DNA from: Promethearchaeota archaeon | GTDB lineage: Archaea > Asgardarchaeota > Lokiarchaeia > Sigyniarchaeales > SOKP01 | Length of the DNA: 64,000 nt | NCBI GenBank assembly: GCA_048940925.1 | Contig: JBHLOC010000002.1 | Coordinates: 200,843-264,842, forward strand | Direction: 5' to 3' | Part shown: piece by piece, positions 39,962-50,686 of the stretch | How the letters are laid out: every line of letters starts with the position of its first letter | Numbering within the stretch: position 1 is the stretch's first letter | The notes under the pieces: model-generated | Databases searched by the model: none | What the model was told of the DNA's origin: nothing | What the model saw: only the letters and a program-made list of their open reading frames with translations | Made by a program: the position numbers and the translations under genes

Positions 39962-41095
39962 TTGACTACAATTATGTCTATAATGGAAAAAATCGAGCAA
40001 GCTGTTCCACTTTTAAACGATTGGGTGCATAATTGGAAAAATGAAGGAAAAAAAGTTTTAGGATATTTTTGTTCTTACATTCCTGAAGAAATCATATATG
40101 CTGCAGATGTTTTACCAATAAGAATGAGAGCAAGAGGGTGCTCAGATACACCAATGGGTGATGCTTATATGAACCCTACAACCTGTAGTTACACTCGATG
40201 TTGTCTGGAAATGGCAAATAGAAAGGAGTATGACTTTCTTGATGGGATTGTATCATGTAATTGTTGTGATCAAGTTCGCCGCCTCTATGATAATCTAAGA
40301 TATAAGACTCCTTTTCCCTACCATTATATTATGGGTATTCCGGGGTATGTAAGTGATGTAACCATCGAATGGTTCAAACATGAAATTATCAAATTTAAGA
40401 AAAACTTAGAACATGAACTTAAAATCAGCATAGGAAATGATGACCTTAAAAAAGTAATTAAAATATATAACCAAACCCGTACACTCCTAAAAGAATTATA
40501 CACACTTAGAAAGCGAGATGATCCTCCCATTTCTGGATCAGATATAATGAAAATTTTATCAGCAGGGATATCTATTCCAAAAGTAGAATATAATAAACTT
40601 TTAGAATTACAACTCAAGCAAATTATTGACAAAAAAGGTATCTCGGATTATAAAGCAAGAATTATGTTAGTCGGAAGTATGCTAGATGAACCAGAATATA
40701 TAGAAATTATCGAAAATCTTGGTGGATTAGTGGTAACAGATTCATTATGCCTGGGAACTAGATATTTTTGGGATTTTGTAGATGAAACCTTAGATCCTTT
40801 AGACGCACTCGCAAAACGTTATTTATCAAAGATATCATGTCCTCGCATGACAGATGGGCATTTAAAAAGAGCAGAATATATGGTTAATATGATAAAGGAA
40901 TTTAATATTGAGGGAGTTATTTTTCAAAGAATGAAATTTTGTGCCTTATGGTGGGCTGAAATCTTTTTGCTCAGGAATAAATTAAAAGAAGAGGGTATTC
41001 CATTTCTTGATTTAGAAAGAGAATATGTATTAAGCGGTGCTGGAGCAATGAAAACACGTGTTCAAACTTTTATAGAAATTTTAGAGGCGAGGTGA
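39962..41095 (+). CDS. 2-hydroxyacyl-CoA dehydratase subunit (HgdB/FldC/BcrC-like)
   Basis: GYFCSYIPEEII, CCDQVRR, FCALW, TRVQTFIE. Confidence 0.85.
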   Translation: MTTIMSIMEKIEQAVPLLNDWVHNWKNEGKKVLGYFCSYIPEEIIYAADVLPIRMRARGCSDTPMGDAYMNPTTCSYTRCCLEMANRKEYDFLDGIVSCNCCDQVRRLYDNLRYKTPFPYHYIMGIPGYVSDVTIEWFKHEIIKFKKNLEHELKISIGNDDLKKVIKIYNQTRTLLKELYTLRKRDDPPISGSDIMKILSAGISIPKVEYNKLLELQLKQIIDKKGISDYKARIMLVGSMLDEPEYIEIIENLGGLVVTDSLCLGTRYFWDFVDETLDPLDALAKRYLSKISCPRMTDGHLKRAEYMVNMIKEFNIEGVIFQRMKFCALWWAEIFLLRNKLKEEGIPFLDLEREYVLSGAGAMKTRVQTFIEILEAR

Positions 41096-41101
41096 AAAAA
41101 A

Positions 41102-42418
41102 TTGGATAATGAAATATATATGAAATATAAAAGACTTGGGAGAGGTAATTGGGGAAAAGATCTCTCTATGTTGAAAATGATGTATATGGGATTATTAAAT
41201 CAAATGAAAGATGAAGAAGCAACACCAATTACAGAAATGTTTTTAGAATATTTCCTTAATATTCCTAAGGCGAGAAAGGAAGGGAAAACTATTATAATGC
41301 ACCCATTTAATTATGGACCTGAATTATTTTATGCGATGAATTTAGTACCTCTGATGCAAGAAACCTATAGTGTTGGTCTGGCACCTCTACGTTTGAACGA
41401 ACCTTATCTTGACATTACTAATAAAATTGGATACGGAGATAACCCAACATTATGCAATGCCCAAAGACCCCTAATTGGTTCTTATATGCAAGGAGTAGCT
41501 CCCATTCCTGATCTATTATTCTTTCTTTCAACACCCTGCAATTCTCTAGCTATGACTTATCAGGTTTTTGAACAGTTAGCTAAAATACCTACGTTCAATA
41601 TGGACATCCCATATTGGTCATATAATAAATCTGGAGAGTTTAATGATGACCTTGTTATTGATTATATGATAAATCAAATAAAAGATTTAATATCATGGAT
41701 AGAACAACAAACAAAACAGAAATTAAATTTTGAAAAATTGCAGGAGATAATGATAAAAGTAAATCAAGCCAGAGAATATATTTTAGAATTTAATGAACTC
41801 TTAAAAACAATTCCATGTCCAGTTAATAGCCAAGCAGGTTTTGGAAATTTTATTTCTATGGTAGGTGTAGGGGGAACTGATGAAGCTATTAAATCCACAA
41901 AATGGTTAAGAGATGTTGCTGCCAGTAATGTTAAAAATGGTGTTGCTGGTGTGCCTGATGAAAAGATAAGAATTGCTTGGCCTTATACTCATATTTTCTT
42001 TGATGGAGATTTACTATTGTGGCTGGAAGAGACATTTCAAGCGGTAGCTATAATGGATATACTAGGATTTTATCAAGTTCTACCTCATGATGTTTCTACG
42101 ATTGAAAAAACTTTTGAGAGTTTAGCAAAAGGAACTCTGGATTTTTCTATGATTGGAACATGTCGGGGGCCAGTCGAGTATTACATTGAATTCTTGTTAA
42201 ATTATGTAAAAGATTATAAAATTGACTGTGTGATTATGCCAATGCAGTTTGCGTGTAAACATGCTTATGCTATGGCTAGAATTAGCACGGAAGCAGTGCG
42301 AGAAGAAACTGGAATTCCTATTTTTATTTTTGGATGTGACCCTTACGATTCACGAGAGGTAACTTCAGAAGCAATAAGGGGACAGATTTCGGATTTTCTT
42401 ACTCAAGTTGTTTTATAA
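41102..42418 (+). CDS. 2-hydroxyacyl-CoA dehydratase subunit (HgdA/FldB/BcrB-like)
   Basis: PELFYAM, LC, TPCN, ACKH, GIP..DPYDSR. Confidence 0.82.
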   Translation: MDNEIYMKYKRLGRGNWGKDLSMLKMMYMGLLNQMKDEEATPITEMFLEYFLNIPKARKEGKTIIMHPFNYGPELFYAMNLVPLMQETYSVGLAPLRLNEPYLDITNKIGYGDNPTLCNAQRPLIGSYMQGVAPIPDLLFFLSTPCNSLAMTYQVFEQLAKIPTFNMDIPYWSYNKSGEFNDDLVIDYMINQIKDLISWIEQQTKQKLNFEKLQEIMIKVNQAREYILEFNELLKTIPCPVNSQAGFGNFISMVGVGGTDEAIKSTKWLRDVAASNVKNGVAGVPDEKIRIAWPYTHIFFDGDLLLWLEETFQAVAIMDILGFYQVLPHDVSTIEKTFESLAKGTLDFSMIGTCRGPVEYYIEFLLNYVKDYKIDCVIMPMQFACKHAYAMARISTEAVREETGIPIFIFGCDPYDSREVTSEAIRGQISDFLTQVVL

Positions 42419-42434
42419 AGGAGGTTTAGTGTAA

Positions 42435-43214
42435 TTGATTGTAGCTGGATGTGATGTTGGTTCTCTTACAGGTAAAGCTGTGATTCTAAAAGATGGTGAA
42501 ATTTTGTCCTATAGTATTGTTCCAACAACACCTAAACCTGAAATAACAGCTCAAAATGCTATGAATGAAGCACTTGAAAAAGCAAATTTCTCGTTAGAGG
42601 ATATTGAATATCTTGTTGGGACTGGATATGGTAGAGTTAAAATCCCGTTTGCAAATTCTGAAACATCTGAATTAACTTGCCATGGAAAAGGAGCTCATTC
42701 ATTTGTACCATCAATTAGAACAATAATTGATGTGGGTGGGCAAGATTGTAAAGTAATTAAAGTTGATAAAAATGGTAAAATCCTTGATTTTGCAATGAAT
42801 GATAAATGTGCTGCCGGAACAGGTAGGTTCCTCGAAGTTATGGCTAGAACTCTTGAGTTAAAACTTGAAGAACTAGGACCAATATCGCTGCAATCTAAAA
42901 ATCAGGCAAAAATCACTGCTCAATGTAGTGTTTTTGCAGAGACTGAAGTTGTAAGTCTAATGGCAGATGGAATAGAAGTAGCTGATATAGTTGCTGGAAT
43001 ACATGATGCTATTGCTTCTAGAATACTGTCACTGGTTTATAGAGTAGGTCTTGAAGAAGATTTAACTATAACTGGAGGAGTGGCTAAAAATATTGGTGTA
43101 GTAACTTATTTAGAAAAAAAAATCGGTATAAAAGCACAAAAATTGCCTGTAGACCCCCAAATTATTGGCGCTTTAGGGGCTGCTTTAATAGCAAAGGAAC
43201 AACTACAAGTTTAA
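42435..43214 (+). CDS. Acyl-CoA dehydratase activator ATPase (HgdC/FldI-like)
   Basis: DVGS, TGYGR, IDVGGQDCK, MNDKCAAGTGRF, CSVFAE, GGVAKN. Confidence 0.92.
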   Translation: MIVAGCDVGSLTGKAVILKDGEILSYSIVPTTPKPEITAQNAMNEALEKANFSLEDIEYLVGTGYGRVKIPFANSETSELTCHGKGAHSFVPSIRTIIDVGGQDCKVIKVDKNGKILDFAMNDKCAAGTGRFLEVMARTLELKLEELGPISLQSKNQAKITAQCSVFAETEVVSLMADGIEVADIVAGIHDAIASRILSLVYRVGLEEDLTITGGVAKNIGVVTYLEKKIGIKAQKLPVDPQIIGALGAALIAKEQLQV

Positions 43215-43276
43215 TAAATATTTTTTTAAATTTTACTCTTCAATATTCTAAAAAAATAAATAGAGTTTAAATTTCA

Positions 43277-44518
43277 TTAGATTGCATTTCTTATCAATTC
43301 AGAAAGGTCTAATGCTTGAATTTCGTTATTTTCAATATTGTTTTTAAATTGATTTAAACAGAATGGGCAACATGAAACAATAGCTTCAGCTGTAGTTTCT
43401 TTTGCTTCTTCTATCCGTTCTTTTGCAGCAAAAGAAGATAAATCTTTAAATGCTGATCTAACTCCCCCTCCCGAACCACAACACCATGCATTATGTCTAT
43501 TTCTTGTCATCTCTATTAATTCAATACCTGGAATTTTTTCTAAAACATCCCGCGGTGCTTTATAAATTCCCATATGTCGTCCTATATGACAAGGATCATG
43601 ATAAGTAATTTTCATAGCTAATTTATTATTAAAGTTTAATTCACCATCTTTTATCTTACGTCGCAAAAATTCTGGCAGATGTTTAACTTCTATACCATGA
43701 TTTAATCCAAATTTATTTGGGTAAGTATCTTTCCAAGTTCTATAACATCCAGCGCACGAAGTTAAAATCCTATCAATTCCAGCATCTTTAAAAACTCCTA
43801 TATTTTTTTCTGCTAATTCTTTGGCTTTTTCTACTTGACCTGTCATATAAACAGGTGAGCCACAACATCCTTCATCTTTAAGAATTTTAAAATCAACATT
43901 TAAGGCATTCAAAATTTCTGCGGTAGCAATAGCAACCTCTTGTTCTCTATAACTGGAGGTACAACCAACAAAATATGCCAAATTTGCTTCAGGAGATTGT
44001 CTAATATGACGTGGTAACCATTTTAATCGTTCTTCATGTTTTTCCATATACGGATTCTTTTCTATTATTGTATGCTCAGTATAACGACTCTGTTCAGGCA
44101 TAGGTCCATATCCCACTTTAACAGCTTCTTCTCTCATTGCCATTAACCATTCTCCCGCATAAGTATGAATTTCAGGAATCTGACATTGCTGTATGCATGC
44201 CATACAAACTGAACATTGGTAAAAAATCTCTGCTAATTCTTTATTCCATTTTAGTCTATCTGTAGATATAGCCCATGTTAATAGATTTTTCCCACCAAGG
44301 TAATATGCTTCAAACTTACCAAATTCTCCAGATGGACAAACTCGTGACCAAAAAGCTTCTCTATATGCTGTTCTACAGGTTCCACATTTACCACACTGAA
44401 AAAAGACTTCCTCATAATGTGTTAAATCTTGATTTCTATCAAGTTTCTGGTTTTCATGTGCTAAAGTTATCTTAGAAATCCCTTTTCCTGGTAAATATCT
44501 TACTCTTTTCTCAGGCAT
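43277..44518 (-). CDS. HdrD/GlcF-like Fe-S oxidoreductase (two CCG domains)
   Basis: CGKCGTC, CSVCMACIQQC, CCG x2, YHDPCH, CCPFC. Confidence 0.88.
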   Translation of the reverse strand: MPEKRVRYLPGKGISKITLAHENQKLDRNQDLTHYEEVFFQCGKCGTCRTAYREAFWSRVCPSGEFGKFEAYYLGGKNLLTWAISTDRLKWNKELAEIFYQCSVCMACIQQCQIPEIHTYAGEWLMAMREEAVKVGYGPMPEQSRYTEHTIIEKNPYMEKHEERLKWLPRHIRQSPEANLAYFVGCTSSYREQEVAIATAEILNALNVDFKILKDEGCCGSPVYMTGQVEKAKELAEKNIGVFKDAGIDRILTSCAGCYRTWKDTYPNKFGLNHGIEVKHLPEFLRRKIKDGELNFNNKLAMKITYHDPCHIGRHMGIYKAPRDVLEKIPGIELIEMTRNRHNAWCCGSGGGVRSAFKDLSSFAAKERIEEAKETTAEAIVSCCPFCLNQFKNNIENNEIQALDLSELIRNAI

Positions 44519-44519
44519 A

Positions 44520-45947
44520 TTAATCTTCTCCTCTTCCTTGTCCGGGGTTCATTATTTTATTAGGATCAAGAAGTTTTCTAATTTTTTCAATCAAATCACC
44601 GGTAGCGGGAAAGATATTCGCTTTGTGCGTCTGATAGGCCCATTTTGGTGATTTATACATAATTGCTCCGTCAATTTGTTGAACTTCCTCATGAATTTCT
44701 TTTAAAAGCTTCCGTGCCATTTTAATATCATCAGGATCATTTTTATTAAAATTAATATTCGTTCGCGCAACACAATAATGCCCACCAAACATTATTCTAC
44801 TATAAAATTGAGGGGGTTTATCATATTTCAAAGCTACTTTCCTTGCTGAATTATAATAATTTACAATATCTCTTGTTGAGCAGTAAGAACCAATCCATTC
44901 ACCTCCACCTCCCCTAGAAAAATTCCAGCAACCCCAAACCTGAGTTGGAGGTGCATCTATAGCTTCTACGCCTTGTTCGCTTGACATAAGCTGTATTTTG
45001 CCTTTTTTACAAATATCTTTAATAGCTTCGCATTGAGCTTCATGTTGTTTAGCGGTATATGCTTGAGTTGCAATTATACATACAAAATCAGGCATACCTC
45101 CTTCTATAGCATCTTTGGGTACTTTTTTCTCATTTAAATGTTGGAATGATTGGCTCCACCCGAGATTAACTACAACTATATCAATTATTCCAAGACCTGC
45201 TCTCGCAAGTTTTAGCATTACAGGAATTCCATCATCTATTCTAAGCGCGGCTCCAGTAAAAACTTCATTAAAAGGTAATCTTGGCCACAATTTTATAGCA
45301 GCTTTCGTTACAATCCCAGTTGTACCTTCCCATCCTATAAATAATCCAGCTAAATCTGGTAATGGTTGTCTGCCATACCAATGTTTAGAAAGGGCACAAG
45401 AACCTATTTTAACAAGTTCTCCTGATCCTAGTACTGCTTCTAATCCGTTAAGAAACTCTGCGCCAGATCCACCAATCATACCTAAATCAAACATTCCATA
45501 ACAAAGACATGAGGGAACAACCCCCGTTCCTGGAGGTGACCAGGTTATTCCCGCTCTTAGATCAGGATGATTTTTTTCGAGGTAACCTTGCAAATCTGCC
45601 CATGTTATTCCTCCTTCAACCAAAGCATACATATCATCTTCATTTACTTCCAACACTCGATTTAATCTTCTTAAATCAACAACTATTCCTCCTTTTCTGG
45701 GGGTGGCAAGAGAACCAAAATTTATACCAGAAACCCATGGAACTATAGGAATTTTATAATTATTAGCAAGTTTGACAATCTCCTGAACTTCTTCTGCAGA
45801 ATTGGGCATTATTACAATATCACATTTTCCTTCTGGCTCAGCTGTTATAAAATCATAATGATATAGAAATTGCATTTCAGGTTGATCTGAAACATACTTT
45901 TCACCAACTATACCTTCTAATTCTGCGATTATCTCACTATTTATCAT
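44520..45947 (-). CDS. FAD-linked oxidase (GlcD / D-2-hydroxyacid dehydrogenase family)
   Basis: GGIVVDLRRLN, GLEAVLGSG, EGTTGIVT, LDPNKIMNPG. Confidence 0.85.
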   Translation of the reverse strand: MINSEIIAELEGIVGEKYVSDQPEMQFLYHYDFITAEPEGKCDIVIMPNSAEEVQEIVKLANNYKIPIVPWVSGINFGSLATPRKGGIVVDLRRLNRVLEVNEDDMYALVEGGITWADLQGYLEKNHPDLRAGITWSPPGTGVVPSCLCYGMFDLGMIGGSGAEFLNGLEAVLGSGELVKIGSCALSKHWYGRQPLPDLAGLFIGWEGTTGIVTKAAIKLWPRLPFNEVFTGAALRIDDGIPVMLKLARAGLGIIDIVVVNLGWSQSFQHLNEKKVPKDAIEGGMPDFVCIIATQAYTAKQHEAQCEAIKDICKKGKIQLMSSEQGVEAIDAPPTQVWGCWNFSRGGGGEWIGSYCSTRDIVNYYNSARKVALKYDKPPQFYSRIMFGGHYCVARTNINFNKNDPDDIKMARKLLKEIHEEVQQIDGAIMYKSPKWAYQTHKANIFPATGDLIEKIRKLLDPNKIMNPGQGRGED

Positions 45948-46024
45948 TTTTATTCACCTTATAAATTATATTAAATTTTTTATATTATTTATAAACTTAT
46001 TATATTTTCATAGTAATCAATTTA

Positions 46025-47134
46025 ATGGCAAAAAACTTGACAAAATTAATAAAAGTATTTGGAGCAGCTCTAGATGCAACAGATTTTCCTGTTAGTCTTC
46101 AAATGAAACAAAATTATCTAAATCAATTGGCTCAAAAACTCATAATTGACCCTACTTTTTTAGATCCTTATGAGGGTTTCTTATTGTTTAGTCATTTGTT
46201 ATCAAAAGATAAATATCTAAAAATTGGAAAATTTCCTATTGAATCTTGGTTAACTCCTAAACCAAATCTAGAAGATTTACCATTGATAAATCAATTAGAA
46301 TTTCAAAAATTTACAAATAAGGGGACTATTAGAAAATATTCAGAGAGACTTGAAAAATATGTGAAAAACAAAATTTTACCAGATTTTCCTTTAATGATCG
46401 GAGTAGATCATTCTCTAACAGGAGGCGTCTTAAAGGCAATATCTAATGAATATGGACCCGAAGATTTACTAATCCTTATTTTTGATGCCCATTTTGATGG
46501 ATTGCCCGCTCATTTATCATTTAATATAGCAAAATATATGAAAGAACACCCTGAAAAAACAAACCCATTGATTTCTGAGCATATAGATGCTATAAATGAA
46601 AGATTAAACATTGTAGATATATACTCATGTGCCTCTTTTTTATTTTATTTATTGAAAGAAAAAACAATAAATCCTGAAAATTTGATAATTTTTGGGTGCC
46701 AAGATTATCCAGATGTAAAATATCGATCATTAGATGACCCCAAAATAGTAGAATTTGTCGAATTTTACAATGAAATGGAGCGATCAGGTGTTACATTTAT
46801 ACCAAAATCTGATACACCAATTATGATTAGAAAATTAGTAAAAATCTTAAAAGAAACTAAAAAATCAAAATTGTATATTTCATTTGATGCAGATGTAGGT
46901 GCCTTAAAAGAAATAATTGCAACTCGGTTTAGAAATGCTATTGGAATCGATCAAACAACAATAATAAATGTAGCTAAAATTATTAAGAATATAATGCGTT
47001 CAAAAAATATAGAATTAATAGGGCTAGATGTAATGGAAATTGAAACGCATTTACTTAATAAAATATTTCCTAAATCAGGAAGAAAAGATCAAACCATTAA
47101 GGTTGTTGATAGTTTTTTAGATGTTTTTATTTAA
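46025..47134 (+). CDS. Arginase/ureohydrolase-family protein (divergent)
   Basis: GVDHS, FDAHFD, SFDAD, LDVME. Confidence 0.72.
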   Translation: MAKNLTKLIKVFGAALDATDFPVSLQMKQNYLNQLAQKLIIDPTFLDPYEGFLLFSHLLSKDKYLKIGKFPIESWLTPKPNLEDLPLINQLEFQKFTNKGTIRKYSERLEKYVKNKILPDFPLMIGVDHSLTGGVLKAISNEYGPEDLLILIFDAHFDGLPAHLSFNIAKYMKEHPEKTNPLISEHIDAINERLNIVDIYSCASFLFYLLKEKTINPENLIIFGCQDYPDVKYRSLDDPKIVEFVEFYNEMERSGVTFIPKSDTPIMIRKLVKILKETKKSKLYISFDADVGALKEIIATRFRNAIGIDQTTIINVAKIIKNIMRSKNIELIGLDVMEIETHLLNKIFPKSGRKDQTIKVVDSFLDVFI

Positions 47135-47259
47135 AAAATACTATTTTTTGTTTTTCGAGATAAAATTGGAAAAAGACAAAACGATTTGACACCTTAAACT
47201 AAATGATCAAAAATCCTTATATTGATATAATAAAAAGTGATAATAACCTTATTAGTAAT

Positions 47260-47484
47260 CTAATTTGATGATTTTGAAAAGTAATGTTTTTTCTTTCTAA
47301 TTACTAGTAATCCAAGAAGTAAAAAAACCAAGTCAAAATACAAATCTTTAGCGATAATAAATGTTCTCAAATTTCCAAATATTAAATTTATTATTAATGA
47401 TGTAATGCTATAAATGGTAGAGATCAATCCAAATGAGAGTAATAAAATGCCAAAAACTAGTCCAAAATCAATTTTTTTTTTCAA
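47260..47484 (-). CDS. Small two-TM membrane protein
   Basis: Two hydrophobic stretches, basic tail. Confidence 0.5.
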   Translation of the reverse strand: MKKKIDFGLVFGILLLSFGLISTIYSITSLIINLIFGNLRTFIIAKDLYFDLVFLLLGLLVIRKKKHYFSKSSN

Positions 47485-47674
47485 ATTTATAACACTGAAG
47501 TTTTTTTATTTGAAGGTCTACTTATTTAAAGATTTTAAATAATTATATGTGATTTTACTATTTAATGTATATGGATCTCATATAACTTAGTTGATCATTT
47601 AAGTGCAATTTAAATAAATGATAATAATTGAAAAAAAAAGGAAAAAGATAGTAGATTAAGGCTAAATGTGTATT

Positions 47675-48706
47675 TTACTTTATCATGGCATGATTTTTCT
47701 TTATAGTAGCTTCTGCATCTCTTACTATTCTTTTTATTATATCAACGACATCATCAATACTTTCAATAATGCCAATTGATTGACCAAGTAATACTGCACC
47801 CGTTTCAGTATCTCCCTTATAAACCCTGTCATATGCTCCTGCATCTTTTGCCATTTGTTCCATAGTTAATGATTTTTCATATGCAATCATTTCCTCTTTG
47901 CTGCTTGGTGCTGGATGTTCTAAAGCATATTTATTTTTGTATAAACGAATGGGGCCAAATGCTCCTGTGTAAAGTGCAGTATCTTGAGGTTTACCTGGGG
48001 GTACTAAAGCTTTATATTTCTCATGAAATTCACTCTGTTTTGAGGCAATAAATCGAGAACCCATAGCTATTGCTCCTGCTCCTAATGATAAAGCTGCTGC
48101 TAGACCTTCACCAGTTGCAAAGCCACCACATGCTATCTTAGGTAAATCAGGAAATGCATTATTAATTTGCTGGAGTAAAACGAGTGTTGTAACTCTCTCA
48201 TAAGATTGATGACCACCTCCTTCAGTACCAGTAACAACTAATCCATCCACTCCTGAATCTATGCATTTTTGGGCTAACCAAACGGCTGGAGCTACATGAA
48301 AGTGTTTAACTTCCGAATTTTTTCGTAATTCTTGAAAAGACTGAGAACTTGGTAATATCCTTGAGGAACCAGCTGAAGTTAACCAATATTTACATTGTTC
48401 TCTCATTTTAGGATTGTTCATTACAATCTTTGGTACATCTGTAACCATTTCTTTAACTCCTACATTGTTTCGAGATGTGAGGATGTTGAGACCAAATGGT
48501 TTATCTGTATGTTCAACCATGTATTCTATGCTTTCTTTATGCTCTTTTACAGGATTTGTGCCCACGATATTTACATTTGATAATACTCCCAAACCTCCCG
48601 CTTCACTTACAGCAAGAGCCAAATCTCGTGTGAAAAATGGACCCATAGGAGCATTAAAAATTGGAATTTTTATTCCAAACATCTTTGTTATGTTTGTTTC
48701 TAACAT
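47675..48706 (-). CDS. Nitronate monooxygenase / FabK-like flavoprotein (second paralog)
   Basis: NAPMG, SEAGGLG, EGGGH, CGGFATG, MGSRF. Confidence 0.88.
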   Translation of the reverse strand: MLETNITKMFGIKIPIFNAPMGPFFTRDLALAVSEAGGLGVLSNVNIVGTNPVKEHKESIEYMVEHTDKPFGLNILTSRNNVGVKEMVTDVPKIVMNNPKMREQCKYWLTSAGSSRILPSSQSFQELRKNSEVKHFHVAPAVWLAQKCIDSGVDGLVVTGTEGGGHQSYERVTTLVLLQQINNAFPDLPKIACGGFATGEGLAAALSLGAGAIAMGSRFIASKQSEFHEKYKALVPPGKPQDTALYTGAFGPIRLYKNKYALEHPAPSSKEEMIAYEKSLTMEQMAKDAGAYDRVYKGDTETGAVLLGQSIGIIESIDDVVDIIKRIVRDAEATIKKNHAMIK

Positions 48707-49029
48707 TTTTCAAACCACCTTTTGATGTAAAAATCTTCAGAATTTTTAAAAGTAATTCTTTATAGAAATCTTTTTTAGTTAGTATTTATAGTTAGATTTA
48801 TTTTATTGTTTGCTTATAATGTGTTATATAGAACATTTTTGATTATGAGGCTCATTGCGAAAACACCTAAATGTATTAACTCCCTATAATTATTAATTTT
48901 TGATTTATAACTAATTGGGATTACAAATCGTATAATTATAAATTTGTAATATTATTATTATTATCTCGTGCGGAGTATTGGATTATGAAAATTTTATTTT
49001 ATAAAAAAATATAGCTTCAAGAATCGAAA

Positions 49030-49314
49030 ATGACAAAGAAAATATGGAAATACCCCCTAGATATGATTACTGATGAATTCACTTTAGAAATGCCTGAAGG
49101 AGCTATATTATTAAGTTTTAAAGTTCAAAGAGGAGTTCCCACTTTATGGGCTTTAGTTAATCCTGATAATAAATTTGAAAAAAGGTTTTTCCGTTTAGTA
49201 GGAACGGGACATTCAATAGAAGATGATAACTTAAAATACATAGATAGTGTCCATCTAAATCAAGGAAACTTAATTTTCCATTTATTTGAGTCAATCAAGA
49301 TAAACAAAGTTTAA
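49030..49314 (+). CDS. Small hypothetical protein of a family often seen in phages (DUF7352-like)
   Basis: IWKYPL, MPEGA.LL, LWALV.P, GTGH, FHLFE. Confidence 0.6.
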   Translation: MTKKIWKYPLDMITDEFTLEMPEGAILLSFKVQRGVPTLWALVNPDNKFEKRFFRLVGTGHSIEDDNLKYIDSVHLNQGNLIFHLFESIKINKV

Positions 49315-49332
49315 AAAAAGAATTATAGATAA

Positions 49333-49656
49333 GACAGCATGAAATTGATTTAAATCAATGTGAGTAGGTCCAAGAAGCTCTAATGAGATATTGAGATGTC
49401 TCCATGCCTTTCTCTTGGTTCTTTTAAGTGTTTTTCAGATAAAAAAAATTCATTTCTGTATTTTTGAATCCAAGGATTAAGACGAATTTCTGCATTTATC
49501 ATAAGTAGGAGCAACGTCAATTATGTTAACTCCATTATCAATTGCGAGTTTTATAGCTTTATTGGCTTCATTTTGATCCACATTCCCAATACCACATCCT
49601 CCTATCGTAATTTTGGATATATTTGCTCCTTTCTTGCTAAAAATACGAGTTTCCAT
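49333..49656 (-). pseudogene. Truncated, frameshifted aldo/keto reductase
   Basis: GGTGA+ATG 49656: METRIFSKKG..ITIGGCGIG..IDVAPTY, frameshift near 49497, then AEIRLNPW..FFLSEKT..HIDLNQFHAV and homology stops. Confidence 0.82.
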
Positions 49657-49804
49657 TTTTTCACCTTTATTTCTTTTTTAAGATACTATTTAATTCTTTT
49701 TAAATTCATATCCTTTTTAAACTAAAAGAGAAAATATTTTAAACTTCCATAGCAATAACTACTTTAAAAATTAAATCTTCCTAAAAATTAAAGAGGAATT
49801 TAAA

Positions 49805-50239
49805 ATGTCAACTGAAAGAAAAGTAGATGTTTTTGCCGCATTGATACTAGTTCTTAGTCTTATTGGTTTAATCCTTTTAGCAGCTTTGGATTTTGCAGCG
49901 TTTTATTTGCCTAATTATGGTACTAGATATTCTTGTTTAGGTTGTGAATATAGTACTAGCGGTGATCTAGCAGCTCAGATTATAATATTAATTCTATTAA
50001 TAATACAGATTCTAATAGCCTTAAATGACTTGCTTCCAAACAAATTTATTAAAAAGGATCTTGAGAAATATGGTATGTTTCTAGCAGTAGCAACAGTCCT
50101 TTTTGCAATTATTGGAATTAGTTCATTTGGCGCGGAATATGGCGATTATGATTGGTGGGCTGCAGAAGGTTTCTGGGGAAGCATTATTGCAGGACTTCTC
50201 AACACAATCTTATTTTTCTTAAAATATAGAAATAAATAA
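49805..50239 (+). CDS. Four-TM membrane protein
   Basis: Four TMs, loop CLGC, WWAAEGFWG. Confidence 0.7.
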   Translation: MSTERKVDVFAALILVLSLIGLILLAALDFAAFYLPNYGTRYSCLGCEYSTSGDLAAQIIILILLIIQILIALNDLLPNKFIKKDLEKYGMFLAVATVLFAIIGISSFGAEYGDYDWWAAEGFWGSIIAGLLNTILFFLKYRNK

Positions 50240-50333
50240 TTTACTTTTTTTTTATTTAATTTCTAAATTTTCTTGTAGTTTAAATAGATTTCATAAAACA
50301 TTATTAGTACAAAATTTTAAATATTTAATATAA

Positions 50334-50531
50334 ATGACTGAACTTATTCTTAAATTAAAAGAGAAAAAATTTGAGAAAAAAAGAAAGTTATTTGCTAAAA
50401 AATATAGACATTGTAACCATTGTGAAAATCACTTAAATATTAACATGGATGAAGAAATCATATGTGCTTTATGTGGAGAAACATTTTGCAAATCCTGTAT
50501 AACTAACCATCAAAAATATTGTTGTTATTAA
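50334..50531 (+). CDS. Small Cys/His zinc-finger protein
   Basis: CNHC..CALC..FCKSC..H..CC. Confidence 0.65.
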   Translation: MTELILKLKEKKFEKKRKLFAKKYRHCNHCENHLNINMDEEIICALCGETFCKSCITNHQKYCCY

Positions 50532-50686
50532 AAGAAATTTAAATTCTATTTTTTTATTAATCCTTCAATCATCATAATAGTTAATTATTTTAATTCTAAT
50601 TTATTTGAAGAAAATTTGGGAGAAAAGTTATATAAATATCAGACGAAAATACTATATTAGATCAAACTATAAAAATAGGGTAGAAA

